From NCBI GenBank assembly GCA_050742295.1, contig JBOGID010000565.1, forward strand, positions 1 to 55,241: DNA of 55,241 nt. Direction: 5' to 3'. Source of the stretch: Acidimicrobiales bacterium (GTDB lineage Bacteria > Actinomycetota > Acidimicrobiia > Acidimicrobiales > AC-14). Made by a program: the position numbers and the translations under genes. Of this stretch, positions 1 through 9,723 are shown piece by piece. The notes below the pieces were generated by a model. It saw only the letters and a program-made list of their open reading frames with translations, ran no database searches and was not told the origin of the DNA. Position 1 is the stretch's first letter; every line of letters begins with the position of its first letter.

Positions 1-1584
1 GTGCTCGCCGGCGAGGAGCTCGAGGTCGCGGTCCAGCTCTATCCCGGCGGGACCGTCGACTTGGTCGTCGATCTGGCGACGCATGAGGCCGCGGACGACC
101 TCAAGGCGATTGCCAGAGACGCCCTGATCCGACCGGGGAGCCCGGGGTGGACCGCCGAACTGGCCTGCCGCCTCCTCGATTCGAAACTGCCGGTCGTGCG
201 GGCGCTCCGACTCGGTTCCCTTCCCGAGGAGTGGGCGCAACTGCAGCCCCTCGTCGATCGGCTCCCCCGTAGTGTGCGCGTGCGCGACGTGATCGGCAAT
301 CCGGAGCGGCGGGTCGACACGACGATCGGCGAGGCCCTCAAGGTGGCGACCGGCAACGCAGCCTGGGCGGAGGACGGCCCGGACGGGGGGTTGCATGTCC
401 GGCCTGAGGCCACTGCGATCGCCGACAGGCTTGAGAGCGGCGCCAACGCCCTGCTCCCAGCGTTCGTGTCGCAGGTGGGCGCCCTCCGGGTGGAAATTGC
501 GAAGCTTGGTTCCTGGGCCGACGGGGTGCCGCGGAGCCTGGTGCGCTGGCAGTACTCCGGCGAGGACAGCGTCTCGCATTTCAACATGCTCGGCGCCGGC
601 ATCCGGCGGTGGGTCGCGGCCGGGCTCGACGCGGCATGTGGCGACATCCTCCGGTCGGCGGCCGGCGCGGTCGAGCCCCTGTACCTGATCGACGAGCCGG
701 AGATGCACCTGCACCCGCTGGCCCAGGTCGAGGTACTGGAATGGATCGAGGCCCGGGTGGTGGCAGGCGCCACGGCGGTGCTAGCCACACACAGCCCGCT
801 GATCTTGGCGACGAGCAGGCAATCGGCCAGCCTGATCGGCCTCGTCCGTGAGGGCACCTCTGTCTCGCAGATCGACATCACCGCCTCACTCCTCGACGCG
901 ATCGGCGGCAGCGACGGTCTCGCGGAAGCGATCGGGAGCGATCGGATCGCCGCCCTCCAACTGACTCGCGGCATCCTCGTCGTCGAGGGCGAGCACGACC
1001 GGAAGGTCATCGGGAAGTTCTTCGGCGTCGAGCTCGCCAGGGCCAGGATCCGCATGTTGCCGATCCGTGGCACCGGCAACGCCAAGGCACTCGCGGATTC
1101 CGAGCTGTTCGCATCGCTCGGGCTGCCCCTGTGCCTGGTCTTCGACGAGGTCAGGGAGCGCGTCATCGCCAACCGGGACCTGAACACGGCCCCAACGGCC
1201 GAGGAGAGGAAGATGATCGAGGTGCTCGATGCGTTCGCCCACTTCGAGCATCGCGATCGGCGGGTGGACTACGCCGGATTCGCGCTCCCCGACGTGATCT
1301 GCGCGATCCCGATTCCGGCAGTCCGGCGCGCCTTCCCTGCGGCGCAGGGCAACGTCGACTGGCCGGCAGTCATCGCCGAGTGGCGTTCGCTCCGGCAACA
1401 GAAAACAGGGTTCAAACCCTTCGCTTTGAAGCTGCTTGGGCTGGAAAGGGTTAACCCCGACCAGTTCGTGGAGGCGTCCCTGCTTGCGATCCAGCCGGAG
1501 GACATCCCGGCACCCGAGCTGATCCGGGCGGTGAAGACCGCCGAAGCGAAGCTCCTGGGGCCGAGGAAGGCATATGGCGGCTAG
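1..1584 (+). CDS. OLD-family ATP-dependent endonuclease (ABC-type ATPase + C-terminal Toprim); 5' end lies outside the window
   Basis: ORF is open from the window edge. Walker B/D-loop LYLIDEPEMHLHP (nt 691-717), H-loop LATHSP, then Toprim-like ILVVEGEHD (nt 973-999) and a later acidic CLVFDE. TAG stop at 1582-1584. Walker A is not visible because the N-terminus is upstream of the window. Confidence 0.6.
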   Translation: MLAGEELEVAVQLYPGGTVDLVVDLATHEAADDLKAIARDALIRPGSPGWTAELACRLLDSKLPVVRALRLGSLPEEWAQLQPLVDRLPRSVRVRDVIGNPERRVDTTIGEALKVATGNAAWAEDGPDGGLHVRPEATAIADRLESGANALLPAFVSQVGALRVEIAKLGSWADGVPRSLVRWQYSGEDSVSHFNMLGAGIRRWVAAGLDAACGDILRSAAGAVEPLYLIDEPEMHLHPLAQVEVLEWIEARVVAGATAVLATHSPLILATSRQSASLIGLVREGTSVSQIDITASLLDAIGGSDGLAEAIGSDRIAALQLTRGILVVEGEHDRKVIGKFFGVELARARIRMLPIRGTGNAKALADSELFASLGLPLCLVFDEVRERVIANRDLNTAPTAEERKMIEVLDAFAHFEHRDRRVDYAGFALPDVICAIPIPAVRRAFPAAQGNVDWPAVIAEWRSLRQQKTGFKPFALKLLGLERVNPDQFVEASLLAIQPEDIPAPELIRAVKTAEAKLLGPRKAYGG

Positions 1585-2099
1585 TGCTAGTGCCCCGACC
1601 ACGATCTTTCGCTCGGATGGGGTCCACCGGTCCCGATGAGGGATCCCGTCCCGGGACGCGCGTGCCGCGCGCCCCGGGGGCCGATCCCGCTCCGGGACGC
1701 GCGTGCCGGCGCCACGCCTGCGGAGGGCGCAGACGCGGTGACAGTGTCACCGACGACCACGATGACCAACGCCGCCGCTCGCCACCAGCGCCCTGTCCGC
1801 ATCGTCGAGGAAGAACGCCCGCTCCAGCTCGCCCCGCGACGGCGAACCCTCGCTCCGGCCGAAGGGGCGGCCTTGCGGTCCGACAGGAACTCGACGGGCA
1901 CTGCTCATGCCGTGGGGAGCCGTTCCGAGCCACGTACCCCCGCAAGACGGTCACGGATTCCGAGCCCACACCCGCCGTCCCCGACGGAAGTGCCTCACGC
2001 CAGTTTTCGTTGCGACGATCGGACAGTCAGGGCCAGATTCGCCGCCGCTGGCCCGAACCCCGACGTAGTGGCCGGGGAGTCGCGCTGGCCGGTTCCGCC

Positions 2100-4221
2100 C
2101 CTGGCGGTGCCCGATGCCGGAACCGTGTCGTCCGACGGGTTGTGCGAGTCCGACGCCGCCCGGCTGTTCGTCGAGCGCGCGTCGGCAGCCGATCCCGGCT
2201 TCTCGCTCTCGCACGACAACGCCCCCGCCGTCGCCGACATCTGCCGCGCCCTTGACGGCCTCCCGCTGGCCATCGAGCTGGCGGCAGCACGAACCCGATC
2301 GCTGTCGGTGCAGGACATCGCCACCCACCTGCGTGACCGGTTCCGGCTGCTGGTCGGCACCGATCCGACGGCGCCCGACCGCCATCGCACGCTCCGCCAC
2401 GCCGTGGATTGGAGCTACGGCGCCCTGTCCGCGGCTGAACAGCGTCTGTTCCGGCATGCGTCGGTGTTCGCAGGTGGGTTCACGTTGGACGCGGCCGCAG
2501 CGGTCGGCGGCGAGGACGATGCGGACGTACTCGACGGGCTGGCGGCGCTGGTCGACCAGAGCCTTGTGGGGGCGGACCGGTCGGGGGCGTCGACCCGCTA
2601 CCGGTTGCTCGAAACCCTGCGCCAGTATGGGGCCGAGCAGCTGGCGGCCTCGGCGAGCAGGACGCGGTGCGCGCCCGTCACCTGGCATGGGTGCGCGCCC
2701 TGGTGGAGCGGGCCGAGCCGGAGCTGGAAGGCGGCCAGCAGCAGGAGTGGCTACATCGACTCGACGCCGAGGAGGACAACGTCCGCGTCGCCCTCGACTG
2801 GGCCATCGCCCACCCGGACTGCACCGACGGGCTCCGGGCCGGTGGCGCGCTGTGGCGGTACTGGCAGGTCCGCGGCCGGTTCGACGAGGGCCAGCGTTGG
2901 CTACTGGCGTTGATCGCGGCGGACGGCCGCACCGATCCGGCGGCGCGGGCAAAGGCATTGGGCTCGGCCGCGATCCTCCTGCTCACCCAGTCCACTGCGA
3001 CCCTCACCGACGAGGAAGCGGGCGACGCCCAGGCGTGGTTCGAGGAGAGCCTGGCGCTGCGGCGGCAGATGGGGGACGAGCGCAGAGCAGCCTCGACGCT
3101 CCACGGCCTCGGCGGCATGTACTACCGCCGTGGAGACACCAAGCAGGCCCGGGCGTGCTTCGCCGAGACGCTCGCCATCGGCCGGGAGCTTGGTGAGAAG
3201 CGCCTGGTAGCCGCGTCGCTGGTCAATCTGGCCAATGTGGACGACGTCGCTCGCGACCGGAGCGCGCCCCGACTGGCGCGACGGGCGGCCACTGCTCGAG
3301 GAGGCGGTCGGGCTGTACCGCTCTCTGGGCGACCACTACGCAACGGCCCGGGCACTCACCGACCTATCGGTCCTCGCGAGCCGGGATCACGACTGGATGG
3401 CGTGCCGCGCCCTCCTCACCGAGGCGGCGGGGATCCAGCGTGCCCTCGGCGACCTCCGCGGCCTCACCATCAGCATCGCGGGGCTGGGAGAGGTGGCGCG
3501 CCGCTCCGCCGAACCCGACGAGGCCCGAGCACGGCTGGAAGAGGCGTTGGCGATTGACCGCGAGCTTCGCAACCCGCCCCAAGTGACGAGGGAACTCACC
3601 TGGCTCGGTTTCCTGGCGTGGATGCAGCGGGACCACGCCGAGGCGCGCCGCCGCTTCCAGGAGGCCACCGCCGTCGCCCGGCCGCTCGCTGTGAAGTGGA
3701 TCTTTCGCAACGCGGTCGAAGGCCTGGCCGGCCTGGCGCTGGTCGAGGGTGACGTCGCGGAGGCCCGGCGGCTGTTTGACGAGATGGAGGCGCTGGCCGA
3801 GCAGACCAACGACCTCAGACCGGGGACGCCGTGGCGGTTCATCGTCCTGGCCATGCTGGCGTTGGCAGAGGGCGACTGGGGCGAGGCCACGCGGCAGTGC
3901 CGGCGCGCGTTCGAGGGTTCCGCCACTACGCCGCATCGGCCGTCCGAGACGTTCGGCATGATCCTCGACGTGCTGGCGGCGTTGACCGCAGGGGCTGGGG
4001 ACGAGGAACAAGCGGCCCGGCTCGTCGGTGTTGCCGACACCAGCCGAGATGACCCGTTCGCTCCGTTCCGGTCGGCAGCCTTCTTCTCGCCAGCCCTCGC
4101 GGCAGCGAGGGCGTGCCCGGCGGCGTGCACAGAGGGTGCGGCGCTGGACCTCGAAGGAGCCGACACGCTGGCCCGGACCGCCCTCGACGACCTGGAGCGG
4201 CGCACCGCCCCGACTACGTGA
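2100..4221 (+). pseudogene. STAND-type NB-ARC/TPR protein remnant (AfsR / large-ATP-binding-LuxR-like), no P-loop region, two frame switches
   Basis: Frames 1->3->1 read as one protein: LPLAIELAAARTRSLSVQDI, RHASVFAGGFTLDAA, then EWLHRLDAEEDNVRVALDWA and more than 10 TPR-like repeats up to TGA 4219-4221. Frame switches lie near 2650-2670 and 3235-3260. The upstream part of the ORF (1636-2100) is low-complexity and has no NTPase motif. Confidence 0.6.
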
Positions 4222-4246
4222 GGCGGTGCTGGCTGCGCCCTCCGGC

Positions 4247-5245
4247 TCACCCCGTCATCGACAGGCGAGCCGGGGTCGCGTCCGCCTTCGGCGTCGCCGG
4301 TTGCGCTTGACCGTGGACCTTGAAGAAGGCGACCGAGGATCCCTGCTTCCATCTCGTCGAGACGACGAGCCATGTCGGCCCCTGCGGCACGTCCACTTCG
4401 AACGTGGTTGGGTTCGCGGGCTGGAGCGGCACGCCGGCCACCCCGAAGACGGGGCTCGCCGTGCGAAGCGAGCTGCGAGTGGGGGTAGACAACGACCTCG
4501 AGCGGCTGTTCGGAGGTGTCGAAGCGCAAGCGGAGCTGTTCGGAGGTGTCGAAGCGCAAGCGGAGCTGTTCGCCGCGCGTCACCGGGAGGGCGGCGCTCG
4601 GGTCGAGGAACACCGACTCCCGGCACTGGGCCTGACCGGTCGATCCCGACGTCCAGCAGAATGACCCCTGCTCGCCGCGCGTCTCGCCCTTCGGCCCACT
4701 CAGGAACGCCGCAGGCGGCTGGTCGGCGCAGCTGCCGGGCGAGCATCTGACCGTCGTCGTCGTCGTGGTGGTTGTCGAGGTTGTGGGGGCCAGCGGCACG
4801 ATGCAGTCGGCCGCGACCAGGAACACGCCGCGCTCACGAAAGACTGTCGTTCCGGCGTCTGTCACAGCGACATTGAGCTCCACGTCCCAGCCCGCCAGTG
4901 AGCCGGGTCGGAATCGGCCGAAGAGCGTCTCACGGAGGTCGTACACCACCGTCCGGCTGGCACCGTCGAGCACGATGTGTCGGCGCGTATCACCGCGTCG
5001 CCCTCTTTCGGCACGGTCGGCGCGAGCGACCGGAACTCGATGCTCACCCGCTGGCCGGCGGTGAAGCCTGCCAATCCGATGCGGAACGAGCAGCTGTAGA
5101 GGCCGTCGCTACGACGCCGCCCGGGAACGGCTTGTCGCCGACCGTCACCGCCGGAGCAGCCTGCGCAAGCTTGCGCGGTGACGAGGAAAGGAACGATGGC
5201 GCTCGTGAGCGCCGCCAGAAGAACGATGCGTCGGAAGGGAGTCAT
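4247..5245 (-). pseudogene. Secreted lipoprotein-like gene split over three reading frames
   Basis: ATG 5245 opens a signal peptide with lipobox (MTPFRRIVLLAALTSAIVPFLVTAQAC). Plausible coding continues in a second frame (LDGASRTVVYDLRETLFGRF, poly-Thr linker TTSTTTTTTTT). It then moves to a third frame (GVPLQPANPTTFEVDVPQGPTWLVVSTRWKQG, stop at 4247). Switches lie near 4975-4990 and 4455-4475. Confidence 0.45.
4505..4572. repeat. Perfect 30-bp tandem duplication (2 full copies + 8 bp)
   Basis: gctgttcggaggtgtcgaagcgcaagcgga occurs at 4505-4534 and again at 4535-4564, followed by gctgttcg. On the minus strand it encodes EQLRLRFDTS twice, in frame. Confidence 0.9.
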
Positions 5246-5593
5246 GGCCCTTCTGACTCAGGGGGAGCCCGATTTCTTCGTCGCCCTCGCAGGCGACGCC
5301 GTCGGCCTCACGGACGCGTCGACGCGCCGGCGCCCCTCCCCGGAGGTGGGGCCGGGGGCGGGGCGTCGGGCTCCGGACCGTCCGTCGCGGCCCGAAGGGC
5401 TCATCGATGGCGGGTACGGCAGCGCAGAAATGGTGTGATCTGCGGTCCGGTTCCTCCTCGTTCCTGGACCCTTTGACGGACCAAGCCGACGTTTCCTTCG
5501 CGCACCCGTCCGCAACGCCGGGCGGGCCTGACCTTGCAGGCACGTTGCGCGAACGCTGCGGCGGTGCTGCGCCCCAGCCGGAGGATGCGTTGC

Positions 5594-5932
5594 ATGAACT
5601 CAACACCGTGCACAGTGGCGGCCGCGCCGGATCAGGATCGTGTGATGGCGGCCCAGAATGTTGTCTACGACGTCGCCCAGAGCAGCGGGTGGCACGCCCA
5701 CGCCGGGCTCCACGCCATCGCCGTTGTGTCCGGGGAGCTATCCATCCATGGGCGGGACTGCGTCCCCCAGCGGCTCGTCCCCGGCCAGCCCTACGTCGGC
5801 GGTCGCGAACTGCACCTCGCCAGGAACGAGTCGGGGGCGCCGGTCGACATGATCGTCACCTACCTGAACCCGGCGACGCCCTCTGCGGACACGGGCCGGT
5901 CCTCGCCGCCCGCCAACTGCAGGGTCTCATGA
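5594..5932 (+). CDS. Cupin-fold protein
   Basis: GGAGGA lies 8 nt upstream of ATG 5594. Cupin-like His cluster SGWHAHAGLHAIAVVSGEL and a second strand block ELHLARNESGAPVDMIVTY. Confidence 0.55.
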   Translation: MNSTPCTVAAAPDQDRVMAAQNVVYDVAQSSGWHAHAGLHAIAVVSGELSIHGRDCVPQRLVPGQPYVGGRELHLARNESGAPVDMIVTYLNPATPSADTGRSSPPANCRVS

Positions 5933-6034
5933 CGTCCGGTCCAGCTATGACCGGCCGTGATGAGAACGCGTGAAGGACGGCGGCGGTGGCGGCGTCAAAC
6001 GACGCGAACGCAAACGGCAAGAAGGAGCCTTCGA

Positions 6035-6718
6035 GTGAACGCTTTAGACTGTGACCCCATCATCGAACCGACCCCGGCCGGGACGGCCCACCGATCCCGC
6101 CGTCGCTGGCTGGCTTTGGGTACCGCCGCACTCTGCGTGACCGGCATCACCGCCGGACTTGCGGTGGTCGCGCCGGACGGCGGTCCCGCCCCTGAGATCG
6201 TGGACACGCCGGTCGGGGAGTCCTCGAACCCGCCGGTCCCGGCACCCAAGATTCTGACGGATTCCAGCCGCTTGGAGCTGAACGGCATCGGCCCCATCGT
6301 CGTGGGCATGACCCCCGACGAGGCCTCGGCCGCCCACGGCAAGCCGGTCACCATCGACCCCCGGAGCGACCGGGGAAGGGGCTGCGCGCACGCCGTGGCC
6401 GAGGGCGGGCCTGCAGGCCTTCAGTTCATGGTGGTCAACGGCAGGATCGTGCGGATCGAGGTGGGACCGGGACCCGTGGCGACGGTTGAGGGCATCACGA
6501 CCGGAAGTCCGGTGCAAGATGTGCTCGCCGCCTACGCCGGTCGTGTCCGGACCGAGCCGCACACCTATACGGCCCGCACGGGCGGGCAGGACCTCATCGT
6601 CGACGAGGCCAGTGGCGGCAACCCGATGAGCATCCTGTTCGAGACGGACGGCAAGCAGGTCAGGACCTTCCGCTCGGGTCTGACAGGTGCAGTCATGGCG
6701 CCCGAGGGCTGCTCCTGA
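6035..6718 (+). CDS. Hypothetical membrane-anchored/secreted protein
   Basis: AAGGAG (6022-6027) precedes GTG 6035. Arg-rich N-terminus, one TM/signal helix (WLALGTAALCVTGITAGLAVV), a Pro-rich linker and a globular domain. No family recognised. Confidence 0.55.
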   Translation: MNALDCDPIIEPTPAGTAHRSRRRWLALGTAALCVTGITAGLAVVAPDGGPAPEIVDTPVGESSNPPVPAPKILTDSSRLELNGIGPIVVGMTPDEASAAHGKPVTIDPRSDRGRGCAHAVAEGGPAGLQFMVVNGRIVRIEVGPGPVATVEGITTGSPVQDVLAAYAGRVRTEPHTYTARTGGQDLIVDEASGGNPMSILFETDGKQVRTFRSGLTGAVMAPEGCS

Positions 6719-7473
6719 CCGTTCCGTAACCGCGACTCGCCGCCGGGGAAGCCCACGTCCCCGACGGCGAGGCGCGTCTGGAGGGCTTGAGCGACTCGAC
6801 CATTGCCTACATCGGCTGGAGAACGAGCGGTATCTCGTCGCTGAAGGGCCAAGAGGGGCGAGCGCCCGTTCTGGGCACCGGTCGTCCGCCGGGCCCACGC
6901 ACCGGCGAAGGCTCCTTTGGAGCCGCATGCCGGGTCCAAATTCGACACGCGGGATGCTCGAACCCTGCAACTCGGAGGAGGCGTCGTGCTGCGGGCGGTG
7001 GCTCCACGAAGGCGGGCGGTCCACGGTCTCGTACTCCCGGCGCCCCGGGCCGTCACAATCACCTCGTCGAGCCCCGAGCGGTAGGCGGCGGGGACGTTCC
7101 GCCGCGGTCGCACCGCTTGGGTCTGCGCCCCACCGCAAGCCGACCGCCGACCGGGGCGCGCTGCACGCGCGTCCCGGAGGCCGAACGCCGACCGGACGCG
7201 GCCGGCTGCTCGATGGCCCGCGACATGAACGTCCCGTAAGGCTGGTCCGGTGAACCGTCCCGGGAGCGGGAGGCTATGCGTGCAACCACCTCCACCGTGT
7301 CCACGGGCGAGCGACGCCCCAGGTTGTCGTGAGGGCAGAGTCCCAGAGCCCCAGCCCGAGAGGCGCTCGGCGGCCCCCGGGAGCATCCACCACTCAGGCA
7401 GGGCCACCCGGAGATCTTCGACTTCCGACCATAGAGAGCTGAACGGAGTTTCCGGTGACCCTGACCCAGTCAC

Positions 7474-7870
7474 GTGGACGAGCTGCTCGACGCGATCCGC
7501 GCCGGCGGCGACATCGACGTGATCCGCAAGGGGCGTCCAGTTGGTGTCGCAGGCTTTGATCGACGCGGGGGGCACCGAGCCGGTTGGCGCCGCCCGCTAC
7601 GAGCGCACCGAGGCCCGCGCGAACCAGCGCAGTTAGCTTCCGCGACAGGCGACCAAGGCGGGCGATGTCGACCTGAAGATCCCCAAGCTCCGCAAGGGGT
7701 TCGCTCTTCCCCGCGATCCTGGAGCGCCGCCGGCGCATCGACCGTGCCCTGTTCGCAGTGATGATGGAGGCCTAACGTGTACGGGGTCTCCACGCGCAAG
7801 ATGATGACCTTCTCGGAGCCCAGCCCTGGCGCCGCCACCTGGATCTCCAAGACAAGAGCAAGGCAGCGAC
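7474..7870 (+). mobile_element. IS256-family (mutator-type) transposase remnant, N-terminal ~130 codons only, multiply inactivated
   Basis: Reads ELLDAIRAGGDIDVIRKG..LVSQALIDAGGTEPVGAARYERTEARANQRS*..TKAGDVDLKIPKLRKGSLFPAILERRRRIDRALFAVMMEA*..GVSTRK..ISK across shifting frames. This matches the conserved IS256 Tnp N-terminal block (YERT, IPKLR.GS.FP, LE.RRR.D.AL, EAYV.GVSTR). In-frame TAG at 7634-7636 and TAA at 7773-7775, at least two frameshifts, no catalytic DDE region. Confidence 0.7.
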
Positions 7871-8092
7871 CTTGTGCTGGTGGTCGATGTGGCCGGTCAG
7901 CGTGACGTGGCGGGTGTTTGTTCAGACCGGCGCCGACTTGATTTCGAGAGCCTCGATGAGCCGGACCGGCAGGCGCTCTCAGGCGAACCCTTCCTCTCGG
8001 TCACACAAGGTCCTCCCGGCAAGCGACGTGAAGTTCTCGGCGTGAAGATGTTCGACGATGCCCGGACCGGGCCGTAGACGCCACCGGGCGGA

Positions 8093-8566
8093 CTACGTCA
8101 TCCGGAGTTCCTGGCGGGCGGCGGCGATGAAGTTCTCCCGAGCGGCGCGGTAGTTGGCCACCGACGTCTTCCAGTCCTCGCTCTCGGTGGTGTGGTGGTC
8201 GATCGCGAGGTTGAGCAACGACTGTGAGCACTTCACGGCGTCCCAGGCCTTGTCGCTGATCCCCGTCGACGCGATCAGGACGATGGCCGCGGCCTGCGAC
8301 GCGGACTCGGCCAGCAGTTGGTGGGTGCGTTCGATGGCGCTCCCCCGGTCGGGCGTCTCGCCCAGCTCGATCCGGCGGTTCAACCGGGCGAGCATCAGCG
8401 TCCCGGCGTTGAACGGGTCGGCCAGGGAGGCCAGGAACCGCCCGGTAGGCGACTCGGCGGGTGGGTCTCGTCCCACCGGGCCCGTTGGTCGGCGTCCGCC
8501 CGGTTGCGTTTCCAGCAACCACGCACCGCCCGCACCGGTGATGGCGCCACTCAATGTTCCGATCAC
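8093..8566 (-). CDS. Hypothetical protein (last gene of the lipid operon?)
   Basis: 157-aa ORF, same strand as the PAP2 gene and 32 nt downstream of it. Gly-rich N-terminal hydrophobic segment followed by helical sequence. No family recognised. Confidence 0.4.
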   Translation of the reverse strand: MIGTLSGAITGAGGAWLLETQPGGRRPTGPVGRDPPAESPTGRFLASLADPFNAGTLMLARLNRRIELGETPDRGSAIERTHQLLAESASQAAAIVLIASTGISDKAWDAVKCSQSLLNLAIDHHTTESEDWKTSVANYRAARENFIAAARQELRMT

Positions 8567-8597
8567 CGCAGCCCAGTCCCAGTCAGCCCCTATCGCC

Positions 8598-9209
8598 TCA
8601 TTTTGCTTCGCGGCTGGCCAGCCAGGCGTAGAGGGGGGCGCCGATGATCAGGCCGAGGCCGGTCCCACCCACGATGTCGAGCGGGTTGTGGGCGCCCACG
8701 TAGACCCGGCCGATGCCGTTGAGGGCGACGACGACCCACGGCACGTACCGCCACCGACCCGGCAGCACCGCCGTCAGGGTCATGGCCGCGGCCGTCGTGA
8801 TCCCCGCGTGGCCCGACACGAAGCTGAGGCCGTGGGTGGAGACGTCGCCCCGCAGTACGACGTCGGCCACGGTGGAACCGGGCCGGCGCCGTTCCACCAC
8901 TGACTTCACCACCCGCTCCAGGGCGAGCTTGGCGGCCACCGCGATCGCCGCCGCCACGCCCAGCCGCCACGACCGCAGCACCAGGGCGAGCACGACCAAG
9001 ATGGCGAAGGCCACGACGATGTTCCCCATCTGCTGGAACACCCACAGCGGGCCCTCCAGCCAGCCGGGCAGGTCGTTGACGAAGTGGAAGACCCGCCGTT
9101 CGGCGGGGCCGACGCGGCCGTTGCGGGCCACCAGGCCGCACGCCACCAGCAGGACGAGCCCCCCAGCCGCAAGTGCGGCGGCGACCCGGACTGCAGGCCG
9201 GCTCCTCAT
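8598..9209 (-). CDS. PAP2-family phosphatase (phosphatidic acid/undecaprenyl-PP phosphatase type)
   Basis: ATG 9209 overlaps the upstream stop (ATGA). Multi-TM protein with PAP2 motifs KSVVERRRP, SFVSGHA and RVYVGAHNPLDIVGG. Confidence 0.8.
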   Translation of the reverse strand: MRSRPAVRVAAALAAGGLVLLVACGLVARNGRVGPAERRVFHFVNDLPGWLEGPLWVFQQMGNIVVAFAILVVLALVLRSWRLGVAAAIAVAAKLALERVVKSVVERRRPGSTVADVVLRGDVSTHGLSFVSGHAGITTAAAMTLTAVLPGRWRYVPWVVVALNGIGRVYVGAHNPLDIVGGTGLGLIIGAPLYAWLASREAK

Positions 9210-9723
9210 TCCGCGTACCGGGCTTCGATCTCGGCCCGGGACAGGAAGCCCACGGCCAGCGAGCTCTCGTCCACGAACCCGCCGTTGGCCCCGTTCGGCT
9301 CGACCCGGTACGTCACGCAGCCGCCTTCGAATTCGAACGTGTACATCCGCTCCATCCGGGTCCCAGTCTGGGTCGGGAGGCGGTCCCAGCGCACGGTCCC
9401 GGGCTCGTCGGTCGGGACCTCGGTGGCGCCCGCCACCGAGCACTCCTTCTCCAGGACGACCCTCAGGCGGGTGGTCGGTCCCCCGTTGCTGTCGAGGCGG
9501 AACGACGTGTGGCCGTCGCGGACGTCCACGGCGCCGATCTTCCAGCCGACGGGCAGGGCGGCGATGCAGGGGATGCGGTCGGCGGTGGGCACCGACGGGG
9601 TGAGAAGCAGGAGGGGCTCGACCATCCAGCTCGTGCTGGGAGCCGTGGCGTGGTGCAGCCGGTGCCGAGCACCAGGGCGAGGAGGGCACCGCCGGCGGCG
9701 GCGAGGGTACCGAAGCGGTTCAT
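9206..9723 (-). CDS. Lipoprotein, apparent frame switch after the signal peptide
   Basis: ATG 9723 overlaps the kinase stop (ATGA) and opens MNRFGTLAAAGGALLALVLGTGC (lipobox). The convincing mature part (LLLTPSVPTADRIPCIAALPVGWKIG...MYTFEFEGGCVTYRVEPNG) is in another frame (ORF 9206-9625). The switch is near 9630. Confidence 0.5.

Noticed and set aside
1400-1430. tRNA T-arm-like sequence (GGGTTCAAACCC)
   Set aside because: It lies inside the OLD-nuclease coding frame. I could not build an acceptor stem, anticodon arm or D-arm around it. No other tRNA-like segment was seen in the window.
6720-7470. Several overlapping 60-340-aa ORFs on both strands (e.g. 6565-7575, 6687-7253, 6787-7239)
   Set aside because: None has an RBS, a recognisable motif or non-repetitive composition, and they overlap each other in all frames. 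The stretch is treated as non-coding or degraded sequence next to the IS256 remnant.
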